A stretch of 64,000 nucleotides of DNA. It comes from an uncultured Nitrospiraceae bacterium. Lineage in GTDB: Bacteria; Nitrospirota; Thermodesulfovibrionia; Thermodesulfovibrionales; SM23-35. Made by a program: the position numbers and the translations under genes. The notes beneath the pieces were generated by a model. That model did not search any database and had not been told where the DNA came from. It worked only from the letters and a program-made list of their open reading frames with translations. How positions within the stretch are numbered: position 1 is the stretch's first letter; every line of letters starts with the position of its first letter. The stretch spans positions 59,392 to 123,391 of the forward strand of contig CAVRZG010000008.1 of the NCBI GenBank assembly GCA_963725545.1. The letters are read 5' to 3'. This document shows positions 35,477 to 44,351 of the stretch, piece by piece.

Positions 35477-37165
35477 CTAATCTGGACTGATGCTCGCGGT
35501 ATCCATTCTGAAATAGACGTATTGACTGTCCGAAGTGACATACCCGGCCCAGATATCTTCAATAGGGTCGCTGTTGGAAGAATCGTTTTTGTCATCAAGA
35601 TGAGCAGGAATTCCATTCCAGTCGTTTACCTGTCCATCCAATACAATGGTCGCAGCCCAGGCAAGTCCTGTCATAGCGATTACCGCCGTCAGGATAATCA
35701 GAGCTTTGCCGAGATTGGCATTTCTCTTTCTGATAATCCACGCGGCAGAGGCTGCAAAAAGAAGTCCCACAATTATCATGCCCCATTCAGACAATGTCGG
35801 TATCGGTCTTGTTCCACCCTGAAAGAGGATCGGAGATGTGTAGTCACTTGCTTTTCCCATGACACTGGCATGATAAATTATCTTCATGGTTCCTGAAGGA
35901 TTATTCAGAAGACTCCTTAGCGCCCTGAATTCTGCCGCTGCAGAGCCCTGATATCCGTTGCCGTACCCTATCCCATATGTTGAATAATCAGTATTCAGCA
36001 ATGAAAACCCTGACCCTTGCTGATATCCGAAGATCTGAGTCGGTCCCAGTATGCCGTTTTCATTATCAAACAAAATGCGCACGATATAATCAATACCCTG
36101 TACATCCTGCGACTGTAACAACTGCGCTACATGTACTGTTCCGCCTGTGGCAGGGTTGTTGTCTGCATCTATAAGAGCTTCATACATGTACCCCGCCAAA
36201 GAATCCGTACCATAGGCCGAGAAAGCCAGGAAGATCTCATCACCTTTATCCGTCTTTAATTCTTTCAACGGGATCTTGAATTCATAGGTCTTGTGCTGGT
36301 AATCGACTTTGTCCGTATAGGTAAACCCCGGCCCGCCCCATCTGGTTTCAGGCACTGAAACCTTGTATTCCTTTACACCTTTACCTGTCCAGACAAAGAC
36401 CTTTGTATAATCTTTATCTCCGTCCAGGGTATTATCTCCCGTAAAATCAATAGCCACATACAGGTTTCGGTCGTCATTCCGTACCCATCCATATGCAAAA
36501 GTAGAGGGGTGTCCAGACCCCGAAGGACAATATTCCCTGAAAAAAGGCGCCTGGTCGCCGATCTCATCCAGCCTTCCATTCATATTCAGAGAACCCGGAT
36601 GAGAATCCATCCTATATGAGTAAAAACTGGCATGAGTGTCCATTGGTTCGCCCGTATTGACCACTGGGAACTGAAACGGATGACCGGTCAGAATCCTGGT
36701 TTCGATCCTTGCGGTCAGCTTAAGGATCTTGTCTTTTGAGTCAGGACCGAATGTGACCTCTACGGGTTTCGTTGCATCGATCACATCAAAATCCCTTCCC
36801 GACAGTTTCTTTGTTCCGTCCGGCAGGTTTTTTACTTCAACGGGGGACTTTCCTCCGAGAAAGACAGAATCTATATGCGCGGCCCCCCCGCCTGTCTGCC
36901 TGATACGCAATTTGACCTTGCCGGCACTGTCAATGAAACTCTCCAGAGAGATTTCTCTTTCCCTGAAATATTTGTTGTAACCGATACTTCCAGCTTTTTT
37001 CCAGGTGTTGTCCTTAAGAACAAGTATTTCTAATTCGCCGTTCGGTTTTCCTCTGTCGATAAGATCGTTCGCAGGATAAAGAACGCTGGATGTCTTCGCA
37101 AATACAAGCACAGGCATTAAAAGCATCATGGTCAGAATTGATGCCAACCTTATCCACTTTTTCAT
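35477..37165 (-). CDS. Secreted protein with an IPTL-CTERM-like sorting segment that is followed by an extra ~80-aa tail
   Basis: SD GGAGGG and ATG at 37165 (plus-strand CAT at 37163-37165). Signal MKKWIRLASILTMMLLMPVLVFA. Near the C-terminus: RPIPTLSEWGMIIVGLLFAASAAWIIRKR (nt 35803-35723), then NANLGKALIILTAVIAMTGLAWAATIVLDGQVNDWNGIP...YVYFRMD.. Confidence 0.6.
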   Translation of the reverse strand: MKKWIRLASILTMMLLMPVLVFAKTSSVLYPANDLIDRGKPNGELEILVLKDNTWKKAGSIGYNKYFREREISLESFIDSAGKVKLRIRQTGGGAAHIDSVFLGGKSPVEVKNLPDGTKKLSGRDFDVIDATKPVEVTFGPDSKDKILKLTARIETRILTGHPFQFPVVNTGEPMDTHASFYSYRMDSHPGSLNMNGRLDEIGDQAPFFREYCPSGSGHPSTFAYGWVRNDDRNLYVAIDFTGDNTLDGDKDYTKVFVWTGKGVKEYKVSVPETRWGGPGFTYTDKVDYQHKTYEFKIPLKELKTDKGDEIFLAFSAYGTDSLAGYMYEALIDADNNPATGGTVHVAQLLQSQDVQGIDYIVRILFDNENGILGPTQIFGYQQGSGFSLLNTDYSTYGIGYGNGYQGSAAAEFRALRSLLNNPSGTMKIIYHASVMGKASDYTSPILFQGGTRPIPTLSEWGMIIVGLLFAASAAWIIRKRNANLGKALIILTAVIAMTGLAWAATIVLDGQVNDWNGIPAHLDDKNDSSNSDPIEDIWAGYVTSDSQYVYFRMDTASISPD

Positions 37166-37354
37166 ATATAGCCCTCCCCGCTCTTTTAGAAATGACAATA
37201 TTCGATATATAGTGAAACACAAAATAGCTGGGTTGTCAATTACAGAGACGTGTTGCGGGTACATATTGAAAATAATCAGTTGAGTATGATATAAAGGTTA
37301 ACACCTTGACAAAGGAGGCATTGACACAGACTTATATATTGAATTCTTATTTTT

Positions 37355-37515
37355 GATGGCTGGATGCCAGGGAAGAGGAGTGGACCTTGCGGTGATTCTC
37401 CCGCTGCCCCGCAGCCGTGAAGGGAACGAAAGCCTAAAGAAGCCACTGTTCCGGTTAACCCGGGATGGGAAGGCAGGCAAGTAGGACGCCCGGAGCCGGA
37501 AGACCTGTCCAGACC
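37355..37515 (+). promoter_or_regulatory. Cobalamin (AdoCbl) riboswitch upstream of cobU-cobT-cobS-cobC
   Basis: Conserved blocks CAGGGAAG..GGTGA..CTGCCCCGCAGCCGTGA, the B12 box AGCCACTG (37441-37448), GGGAAGGC and GAGCCGGAAGACCTG. Followed by TTCCCGAGGGAGGAAGAGATG. Confidence 0.85.
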
Positions 37516-37604
37516 ATGAAGACCACTAAATAATTTCCCGAGGGAGGAAGAGATGAGACAAAATATACCTTCAATAATTGCTGTCCATTATTTTTCTGAC
37601 CCTT

Positions 37605-37750
37605 TCAATTTTGATGAATTCGTAAAAAGTCGTCATTCCCGCGAAGGCGGGAATCTATGTGCTCGTAACTTCTTGAAAAGAATGGATTCCCGATTACGGA
37701 CTTCGGGAATGACAGCCATGAAAAGGACTTTTTGCGATGTTGTCAATTTT
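37605..37750 (+). repeat. MITE-like element, family 1 copy, inserted between the riboswitch-linked RBS/ATG (37553) and the cobU core start (37796)
   Basis: Near-identical to the reverse complement of 23737-23883. It encodes the repeat-derived peptide ..FDEFVKSRHSREGGN.CARNFLKRMDSRLRTSGMTAMKRTFCDVVN.. in the open frame. Confidence 0.8.
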
Positions 37751-37795
37751 GCATTCCCGGCTTTTAATCTTGTGTTTTTACAGCTCCCGGCAAAT

Positions 37796-38329
37796 ATGAA
37801 GAAGATAGTTTTTATAACAGGCGGCGCCAGAAACGGGAAGAGTTCTTTTGCTCTGAAACAGGCCTCGGACATTCCCGGCAAGAAGGCGTATATCGCAACT
37901 GCGGAGGCGCTTGATGAAGAAATGCGGAAGAGGATAGAGGACCACAGAGAACAGAGGGGGAGAGAGTGGGACACTTTTGAAGAGCCCTTAATGATTGCTG
38001 AGGTAATCAATAAAATAGGAGACAGTTACGACACGCTTGTTCTCGATTGCCTCACATTGTGGCTGTCCAATATCATGCACTCAAACCTTATTATTGAGAC
38101 TGAAATCGAACGTCTGATATCATCGCTCCGCTCTCATCGGACTTCTGTCTTCATAGTCTCCAATGAAGTGGGCATGGGAATTGTCCCTGAGAACGAGATG
38201 TCAAGGAAGTTCAGGGACATGGCCGGGCTGCTGAACCAAAAGATTGCAGGGGCTGCAGATGAGGTCTATATTGTTGTTGCAGGAATACCATTAAAAATAA
38301 AGGGGACACATGATACAGGAAGCAATTAG
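37796..38329 (+). CDS. cobU: Adenosylcobinamide kinase / adenosylcobinamide-phosphate guanylyltransferase
   Basis: [19 protein letters not shown] (P-loop), ..[21 protein letters not shown]...W.T.EEP.. and ..[13 protein letters not shown]...R.FRD..G.LNQ.. match CobU. The ORF is also open from the ATG at 37553 through the repeat. Confidence 0.9.
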   Translation: MKKIVFITGGARNGKSSFALKQASDIPGKKAYIATAEALDEEMRKRIEDHREQRGREWDTFEEPLMIAEVINKIGDSYDTLVLDCLTLWLSNIMHSNLIIETEIERLISSLRSHRTSVFIVSNEVGMGIVPENEMSRKFRDMAGLLNQKIAGAADEVYIVVAGIPLKIKGTHDTGSN

Positions 38330-39383
38330 AAAAATACCAGCTCTCAACGGCAGCTTTATTGAAAGAGCTCAAAGACGTCTTGATATCCTGACCAAGCCGC
38401 AGGGAAGTCTCGGAAGGCTCGAGGAATTTGCAAAACAGCTTGCTGCGATAACAGAGAATACCATGCCTGTACTCGATAAAAAGGTCATCTTCACCTTTGC
38501 AGGAGACCACGGGGTTGCAGCGGAAGGAGTTTCAGCATATCCGAAGGAAGTGACAAGACAGATGGTAGTCAACATCATCCGGGGAGGGGCTGGAATAAAT
38601 GTTCTTGCGAGGCATGCCGGCGCTGATGTGGTTGTCGTTGACATAGGAGTTGATTTTGATTTTTATGAAGCATCTCTCTCTTTTCCCACAGGAGAGACGG
38701 CAGGCCGGTTAATATCAAACAAGGTTGTCATGGGCACAAAAAATATGAGAAATGGACCTGCAATGACCAGGGATGAAGCAATTAAGTGCATAGAGGTTGG
38801 GATCGACCTTGCAGGGGCTTATTCCCTGAAAGGCTATAACATATTCGGCACTGGGGAGATGGGCATCGGAAACACAACCCCGTCATCCGCAATAGCAGCT
38901 GTGCTGACAGGCAGCCCCGTATCCGAGGTGACCGGAAGGGGGACAGGCATAGACGATGATGTGTTTATGAATAAGGTAAGAATAATCGGAGAGGCGATAT
39001 CAATAAATAACCCTGATCCTTCAGACCCTCTTGATGTTCTCTCAAAGGTCGGCGGAGCGGAAATAGGAGGCATTGCGGGTTTAATTATCGGCGCGGCAGC
39101 GAACAGAATACCCGTTGTGATAGACGGATTTATATCAACCGCCGGCGCCCTAATAGCTTATTGCCTTGAACCAAAGACAAAAGATTATATGTTTGCAGCA
39201 CATAACTCCGTTGAAAGAGGGCACAAGGCAATGCTCGACAAAATGGGACTTCAGCCCATTCTCGACCTCAACCTGAGACTCGGCGAAGGCACAGGCGCCG
39301 CCCTTGCCATGCTCATCATTGAGGCAGGACTGAAGACTTATAAAGAAATGGCAACATTTGGTGATGCAGGGGTATCCGAATGA
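38310..39383 (+). CDS. cobT: Nicotinate-nucleotide--dimethylbenzimidazole phosphoribosyltransferase
   Basis: ..[13 protein letters not shown].., [24 protein letters not shown]...[19 protein letters not shown] and ..[12 protein letters not shown].. match CobT. Confidence 0.95.
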   Translation: MIQEAIRKIPALNGSFIERAQRRLDILTKPQGSLGRLEEFAKQLAAITENTMPVLDKKVIFTFAGDHGVAAEGVSAYPKEVTRQMVVNIIRGGAGINVLARHAGADVVVVDIGVDFDFYEASLSFPTGETAGRLISNKVVMGTKNMRNGPAMTRDEAIKCIEVGIDLAGAYSLKGYNIFGTGEMGIGNTTPSSAIAAVLTGSPVSEVTGRGTGIDDDVFMNKVRIIGEAISINNPDPSDPLDVLSKVGGAEIGGIAGLIIGAAANRIPVVIDGFISTAGALIAYCLEPKTKDYMFAAHNSVERGHKAMLDKMGLQPILDLNLRLGEGTGAALAMLIIEAGLKTYKEMATFGDAGVSE

Positions 39384-40185
39384 GGGGATTCAATTGTTGA
39401 AGAGATTCCTGATAGCCTTACAGTTCCTGACGATAATTCCGTTAAGGAAAAACCTTGTGATCTCCGAGGCCGATATCCCGCAGAGCTCATCATACTTTGT
39501 TATGGTGGGACTTATTCAGGGGGCATTGCTGGCAGCCACTGCTTTTGCAGCAGGGCGTGTATTCGACCCGGGACTTACTGCGGGCATAACGCTTCTCGTG
39601 CTCGTCTTGTCAAATGGGGGATTTCATCTTGACGGACTTGCAGACACCTTTGATGCACTTGCTGCAAAGGGCGACAGAGAGAAGAAACTCGCTGTAATGA
39701 AAGACAGTACAATCGGCCCTGTCGGAGTAATCGCTATATTTTTCTCTCTGCTCATAAAATATCTTGCAATAAAGAACCTTACCATCTTCCCGTTATTTAT
39801 TCTCTATTCCTCACTCTTGTTCATGCCGGCAATTTCAAAACTGGCTATGGTCGTTTCAATGTTTTATGCAAAATCAGCCAGGGAAGATGGTCTTGGAAGG
39901 CTTTTCATAGAGGGCGTCGGATTCAGGGAGATTCTGGTTTCCATCATAATCGTCCTTTCTTCACTCGTCGTTGTCCAGGTCTTTTTCAACAACTATATGT
40001 CGGTCAGTCAATATATGTTTTATGCGATGGCCCTTGTGTCGGTTTATTTCATCTGCCTGATAGCTGTAAATTTTCTCGGCAGGAAATTCGGCGGGCTGAC
40101 AGGGGACACGCTCGGCGCGATAAGCGAGATTGCAGAGATAACTTTTTTACTCCTGGTGATAACATGGTCACGACTCTTTATTTAA
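39364..40185 (+). CDS. cobS: Adenosylcobinamide-GDP ribazoletransferase (cobalamin synthase)
   Basis: ALQFLTIIP.., [15 protein letters not shown] and a multi-TM profile. The start is uncertain: TTG 39358, ATG 39364, or TTG 39394/39397. Confidence 0.85.
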   Translation: MQGYPNEGIQLLKRFLIALQFLTIIPLRKNLVISEADIPQSSSYFVMVGLIQGALLAATAFAAGRVFDPGLTAGITLLVLVLSNGGFHLDGLADTFDALAAKGDREKKLAVMKDSTIGPVGVIAIFFSLLIKYLAIKNLTIFPLFILYSSLLFMPAISKLAMVVSMFYAKSAREDGLGRLFIEGVGFREILVSIIIVLSSLVVVQVFFNNYMSVSQYMFYAMALVSVYFICLIAVNFLGRKFGGLTGDTLGAISEIAEITFLLLVITWSRLFI

Positions 40186-40778
40186 TCAGACACGGCGAGA
40201 CAGAAGGGAGTGAAACAAAGAGGTACAAGGGTACTCTGGATGTGCCGCTCTCTGAAAAAGGGATAAAACAGGTGGAACATCTCTCGCGGTATATTCTCAG
40301 GGTGGTGAACCTTACAGCAGTCTACTGTTCCGATCTGAGCAGGGCGCTGAAAAGCGCAGAGATCATTGCAAAGCCGCATTCACTCAGTCCCATTGTAGTT
40401 TCTTCCTTGAGGGAGCGCAATTTCGGGCACTGGGAAGGCATGTCATTCGACGAGATTAAGGTGAAGTATCCGCAGGAGTTTGCCGACTGGGCAGAAAATC
40501 CCATGGCATTTAGCCCTGTGAATGGAGAAACAACTCTGGAAGTGAGAGACCGCGTGATAGACGGATTCGAAACAATCATATGTGCCAATGCTGGTAAAAA
40601 CATTGCGATTGTAGCGCACGGCGGTGTGAACAGGGTAATCCTGTGCCATATTCTCGGAATACCTATGGAAAACATCTTCAGGCTCGAGCAGGATTTCGCG
40701 GCATTGAATATCATCGAATTCTGGGACAAATATCCGGTCGTTAAACTGATGAACGGCATAATTCGAGTCTGTGTATAA
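40164..40778 (+). CDS. cobC: Alpha-ribazole phosphatase (histidine phosphatase family)
   Basis: [10 protein letters not shown] (RHG catalytic motif), ..VAHGGVNR.., and its position after cobS. Confidence 0.8.
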   Translation: MVTTLYLIRHGETEGSETKRYKGTLDVPLSEKGIKQVEHLSRYILRVVNLTAVYCSDLSRALKSAEIIAKPHSLSPIVVSSLRERNFGHWEGMSFDEIKVKYPQEFADWAENPMAFSPVNGETTLEVRDRVIDGFETIICANAGKNIAIVAHGGVNRVILCHILGIPMENIFRLEQDFAALNIIEFWDKYPVVKLMNGIIRVCV

Positions 40779-40896
40779 AGTAAATATGTTAACACCCTCC
40801 CCAACCCCTCCCCTCAAGGGAGGGGCGGTTTTACTACCCTCTCCCTTGAGGGGAGAGGGCAAGGGTGAGGGTGTTTAACAGTTTATACACAGACTC
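40765..40896. repeat. ~130-bp compound palindromic element (outer arms GAGTCTGTGTATAAA..GTTAACACCCTC / GAGGGTGTTTAAC..TTTATACACAGACTC enclosing two GC-rich hairpins)
   Basis: Inner hairpins are CCCCTCCC-ctcaa-GGGAGGGG and CCCTCTCCC-ttga-(g)GGGAGAGGG. The left arm overlaps the last codons and the stop of cobC (TAA at 40776-40778). It probably also acts as a terminator. Confidence 0.75.
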
Positions 40897-40950
40897 TAAT
40901 TAAGGAGGTGATAAAGGATAAAATCAATCGGATGAAGGCAGAAGGATGAT

Positions 40951-41106
40951 GCCGTGCTGTAGTGGATGTCAGGGAAGAATGGTGAGAAGCCAGCGCTGCC
41001 CCGCAGCCGTGATGGGAACGAAAGCCTGTTTTACCACTGTTATGGGTAATGCCATAATGGGAAGGTTGGCGAGTAGGTTGCCCTGAGCCGGAAGACCTAT
41101 CCAGAC
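40951..41106 (+). promoter_or_regulatory. Cobalamin riboswitch upstream of the TonB-dependent receptor
   Basis: Same conserved blocks as the first copy: CAGGGAAGAATGGTGAGAAGCC..CTGCCCCGCAGCCGTGATGGGAACGAAAGCC, the B12 box TACCACTG, GGGAAGG and GAGCCGGAAGACCTATCCAG. Followed by TTCCCGAGGGAGGAAAAATG. Confidence 0.85.
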
Positions 41107-41165
41107 TACAAAGCTTGGCAGAAAATCAAAAGTGACAAATCAATATTGTTCCCGAGGGAGGAAAA

Positions 41166-43001
41166 ATGCGTTTCGCAAGAGTCTGTCAGCTAATGTTTGC
41201 ATGTATGATTTATGTAATTTATCAGATCGTCCCCTTTTCTGCATTTGCAGAAGAGCCGGTCAGGCTTGACGAAGTAGTTGTCACTGCCACCCGCCTGGAA
41301 GAACCCATTGAAGATGTTGCTCAGGACATTACAGTCATCACCAGAAAAGAAATCGAATCCGGAAGTTACAGAGACCTTACTGAAATTGTCAGGAATGCAT
41401 CGGGTCTGCATCTCACTGAATACGGCAACCGGGGCGCAAACGCACTTGCGAGCCTCAGGGGGTCCACTGTTGAGCAGGTCCTTGTCATGGTTGATGGAAA
41501 GCGCCTGAACAAGCCCGGTGACGGCCTGTTTGATCTCAATACGCTTCCCGTGCCGATAGAGAATATCGAACGGGTTGAAATCCTGAGAGGCGCTTCATCC
41601 GCACTGTATGGGGCGGATGCGATGGGCGGCGTCATTAATATCATTACGCGAATTCCCGACACGGCCTCAGCAAAACTGACCGCGTCTTACGGAAGGTTTG
41701 CAACACAAGACTACAGCATCGCTGCTTCACAAAAAATAAGAAACACCGGCTTTTTCATCTCACTTTCAAAAGAGAAATCCGACGGATTCAGGACAAATTC
41801 AGATTACGATATAGATGCGATAAGCACAAAAATATCCCACAATGCATCCCAGGATATTCGAGTGGACCTGACGTTCGATTACAACCATAAAGATGCCGGT
41901 TCTCCCGGGGCGCTGACGTGGCCCACACCTCTGGCATCGGAGACTGACGAAAACCTTATCGCAGGAATCACTTTCAAAATCAAAGACACGATCCTGAAAC
42001 TATACAGCCACAATGCCAGGATCCGTTATATCAATCCCGGCAGTGAAGATAATACTCATAAAAACCATGTGAATGGGATAGATCTTCAGCAGACCCTCGC
42101 CATCGGCTCATCAAATCTTCTGACCGGAGGAATCGAGATACTTGAAGAAGATATTGACAGCAGCGATAATATGAACCCCTCCAATTCCATCGGCAGTCAC
42201 AGCAGGACACGTAAGGGCATATTCCTCCAGGATGAGATATCACTCACTGATAAAGTCATCACGACACTCGGCCTCAGATATGACGCTATTGCAGATCATG
42301 CCAGGTTCAGCCCTAAGGCCTCGGTCCTGTTCAAACTTCCGTGGGACTCAACGATCTCCCTGTCGGCAGGTCAGGGGTTTCGTGTGCCTGAGATGAACGC
42401 CCTGTTCTGGCCCGATACAGGCTGGGCAGCAGGAAACCCGGACCTCAAGCCTGAGAAATCAGTTGAATACGAAAGCGTCGTCAGGAAGTCCTTCGGAAAC
42501 ACAGGTGACATTAAGATGGTTGTCTTCGAAAAAATATCCGATGACCTTATCCAGTGGCAGGAGGTCAGCCCCGGCAAGTGGTCCCCGGTAAATATATCCA
42601 AAGCAAGGATAAGGGGGTTCGAGACAGAGGGGAAACTACATCTCGCATTGATGGACCTTGGGGTCAATTACACCTTCACGGACCCGGAGGACAGGTCAAC
42701 AGACAGTAAAATAAGGTTCGGCACAAGACATCAGGTAAAAGGTTCTCTCTCGGCATATCCTATGAAAGGTACGACAGTTGCACTCGAAGGTAGTTATGTT
42801 TCGATGTATGTTGTGCAGAAAGGGGACCCTGGTTGTTATTTTCTTCTCGATGGAAAGATCAGCCGGGAAATAAAACTTCCCAAAGGCGCGGCTGAAGTGT
42901 TCATAATCGGCAAAAATATGCTGGACAGGGATTTCCAGACAATAAAGGATTATCCTATGCCGCCTGTTCAGTTCTTCGGGGGGATAAGTTACAGGTTCTG
43001 A
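41166..43001 (+). CDS. btuB: TonB-dependent outer-membrane receptor, BtuB-like (cobalamin/corrinoid uptake inferred from the riboswitch)
   Basis: Signal peptide; TonB-box/plug region LDEVVVTATRLEEPIEDVAQDITVITRKEIE; plug motifs (..RG.......VLVDGKR.N..G......); terminal ..GGISYRF. Confidence 0.8.
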   Translation: MRFARVCQLMFACMIYVIYQIVPFSAFAEEPVRLDEVVVTATRLEEPIEDVAQDITVITRKEIESGSYRDLTEIVRNASGLHLTEYGNRGANALASLRGSTVEQVLVMVDGKRLNKPGDGLFDLNTLPVPIENIERVEILRGASSALYGADAMGGVINIITRIPDTASAKLTASYGRFATQDYSIAASQKIRNTGFFISLSKEKSDGFRTNSDYDIDAISTKISHNASQDIRVDLTFDYNHKDAGSPGALTWPTPLASETDENLIAGITFKIKDTILKLYSHNARIRYINPGSEDNTHKNHVNGIDLQQTLAIGSSNLLTGGIEILEEDIDSSDNMNPSNSIGSHSRTRKGIFLQDEISLTDKVITTLGLRYDAIADHARFSPKASVLFKLPWDSTISLSAGQGFRVPEMNALFWPDTGWAAGNPDLKPEKSVEYESVVRKSFGNTGDIKMVVFEKISDDLIQWQEVSPGKWSPVNISKARIRGFETEGKLHLALMDLGVNYTFTDPEDRSTDSKIRFGTRHQVKGSLSAYPMKGTTVALEGSYVSMYVVQKGDPGCYFLLDGKISREIKLPKGAAEVFIIGKNMLDRDFQTIKDYPMPPVQFFGGISYRF

Positions 43002-43050
43002 TTCATAAGGAGAGTTGTCTTGCCCGGAAACTTGCCCCCAAGGAATTCTA

Positions 43051-44001
43051 TCAATCATTATGAAGAATTGATTCGAAATACTCTATGGTCTTTTTAAGTC
43101 CGGTCTTCAGGTCAATTGTCGGCTGCCAATGAAGTTTTTCGGCGGCAAGACTTATATCAGGCTGCCTCTGCCTCGGATCATCTGAGGGCAGGAGGTGGAA
43201 CACGATCTTTGATTTGGAGCCGGTCATTTCTATTACCTGTTGTGCCAACTCAAGTATGGAAAACTCAGCGGGGTTGCCCAAATTGACAGGTCCGGTAAAC
43301 TCATCAGGACTATTCATCAATCTCATCAGTCCGTTTACAAGATCGTCAATATAACAGAAACTCCTGGTCTGCGAACCATCCCCGAAGACCGTTATATCTT
43401 CGCCCTTGAGCGCCTGCAGGATGAAATTGCTCACGACTCTGCCGTCGTTGGGGTGCATATTTGGACCATAGGTATTGAATATTCGCGCGACCTTGATCTT
43501 CAGGTTGTGCTGCCGGTGGTAGTCGAAAAAAAGGGTCTCTGCGCAGCGTTTACCCTCATCATAGCAGGATCTGATGCCAATTGGATTTACATTGCCCCAA
43601 TAGCTTTCAGGCTGCGGATGTACTGTCGGGTCTCCGTAGACCTCGCTGGTGGATGCCTGGAGTATCTTTATCTTCAGCCTCTTTGCGAGACCAAGCATGT
43701 TAATGGCGCCATGAACAGCGGTCTTGATGGTCTGGACCGGATCAAACTGGTAATGGATTGGAGATGCAGGACAGGCAAGGTTGTAAATCTCGTCAACCTC
43801 AATAAAGAGAGGAAAGCATATGTCATGACGCATGACTTCAAAATAGGGATTAGATATAAGACCTACAATATTTGACCGTCTTCCGGTGTAAAAATTATCT
43901 ATGCAAAGCACATGATGTCCGTCTTTCAGCAGGCGTTCACATAGGTGCGAACCGATGAATCCGGCTCCGCCGGTGACTAAAATTGTCTTATCGCTCAGCA
44001 C
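43051..44001 (-). CDS. UDP-glucuronate decarboxylase (UDP-xylose synthase), extended SDR
   Basis: [35 protein letters not shown].., YDEGKR (YxxxK) and ..PDISLA...L.W.P.. are typical of the UXS family. Confidence 0.85.
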   Translation of the reverse strand: MLSDKTILVTGGAGFIGSHLCERLLKDGHHVLCIDNFYTGRRSNIVGLISNPYFEVMRHDICFPLFIEVDEIYNLACPASPIHYQFDPVQTIKTAVHGAINMLGLAKRLKIKILQASTSEVYGDPTVHPQPESYWGNVNPIGIRSCYDEGKRCAETLFFDYHRQHNLKIKVARIFNTYGPNMHPNDGRVVSNFILQALKGEDITVFGDGSQTRSFCYIDDLVNGLMRLMNSPDEFTGPVNLGNPAEFSILELAQQVIEMTGSKSKIVFHLLPSDDPRQRQPDISLAAEKLHWQPTIDLKTGLKKTIEYFESILHND

Positions 44002-44351
44002 TATTTTCTCCCTCGCAACAATATATGATTTCGCTAATATCTGTTTAAAATACCTTATTTCTTCAGATCTTTCAATGGATTTAAAAGAAAATGGGAAAAG
44101 AGCTCTATCCCGAAAGGATGTCCTTAATTTTTTCCTGATATAGCACCTTATGGTAAAATGGTAGCATACTGATACGCTCGTAAAAGGATTGGACCGAATA
44201 TCTCGATTGATAATCTGTCATAGAATATCATACAAGCCTCAATGGTCAAGTTTGAATATTGCGGAAGACCGCCTTAATTTCCCATTGGATGTGATCAATG
44301 CCGAGACCGGGTTCAGGCAATAAGACGACTGGGAAGGAATCCCGTATAAAA

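Noticed and set aside
37553-37795. Treating the full 258-aa ORF 37553-38329 as the native CobU.
   Set aside because: CobU family proteins begin at the P-loop segment ([16 protein letters not shown]), and the extra 81 codons are mostly repeat-derived. This is kept as a finding rather than as the primary gene model.
40443-40862. 139-aa and 160-aa minus-strand ORFs overlapping cobC and the palindromic element.
   Set aside because: They are antisense to a histidine-phosphatase gene. Their N-terminal parts (..PSPLKGEGSKTAPPLRGGVGEGV) are translated from the palindromic repeat.
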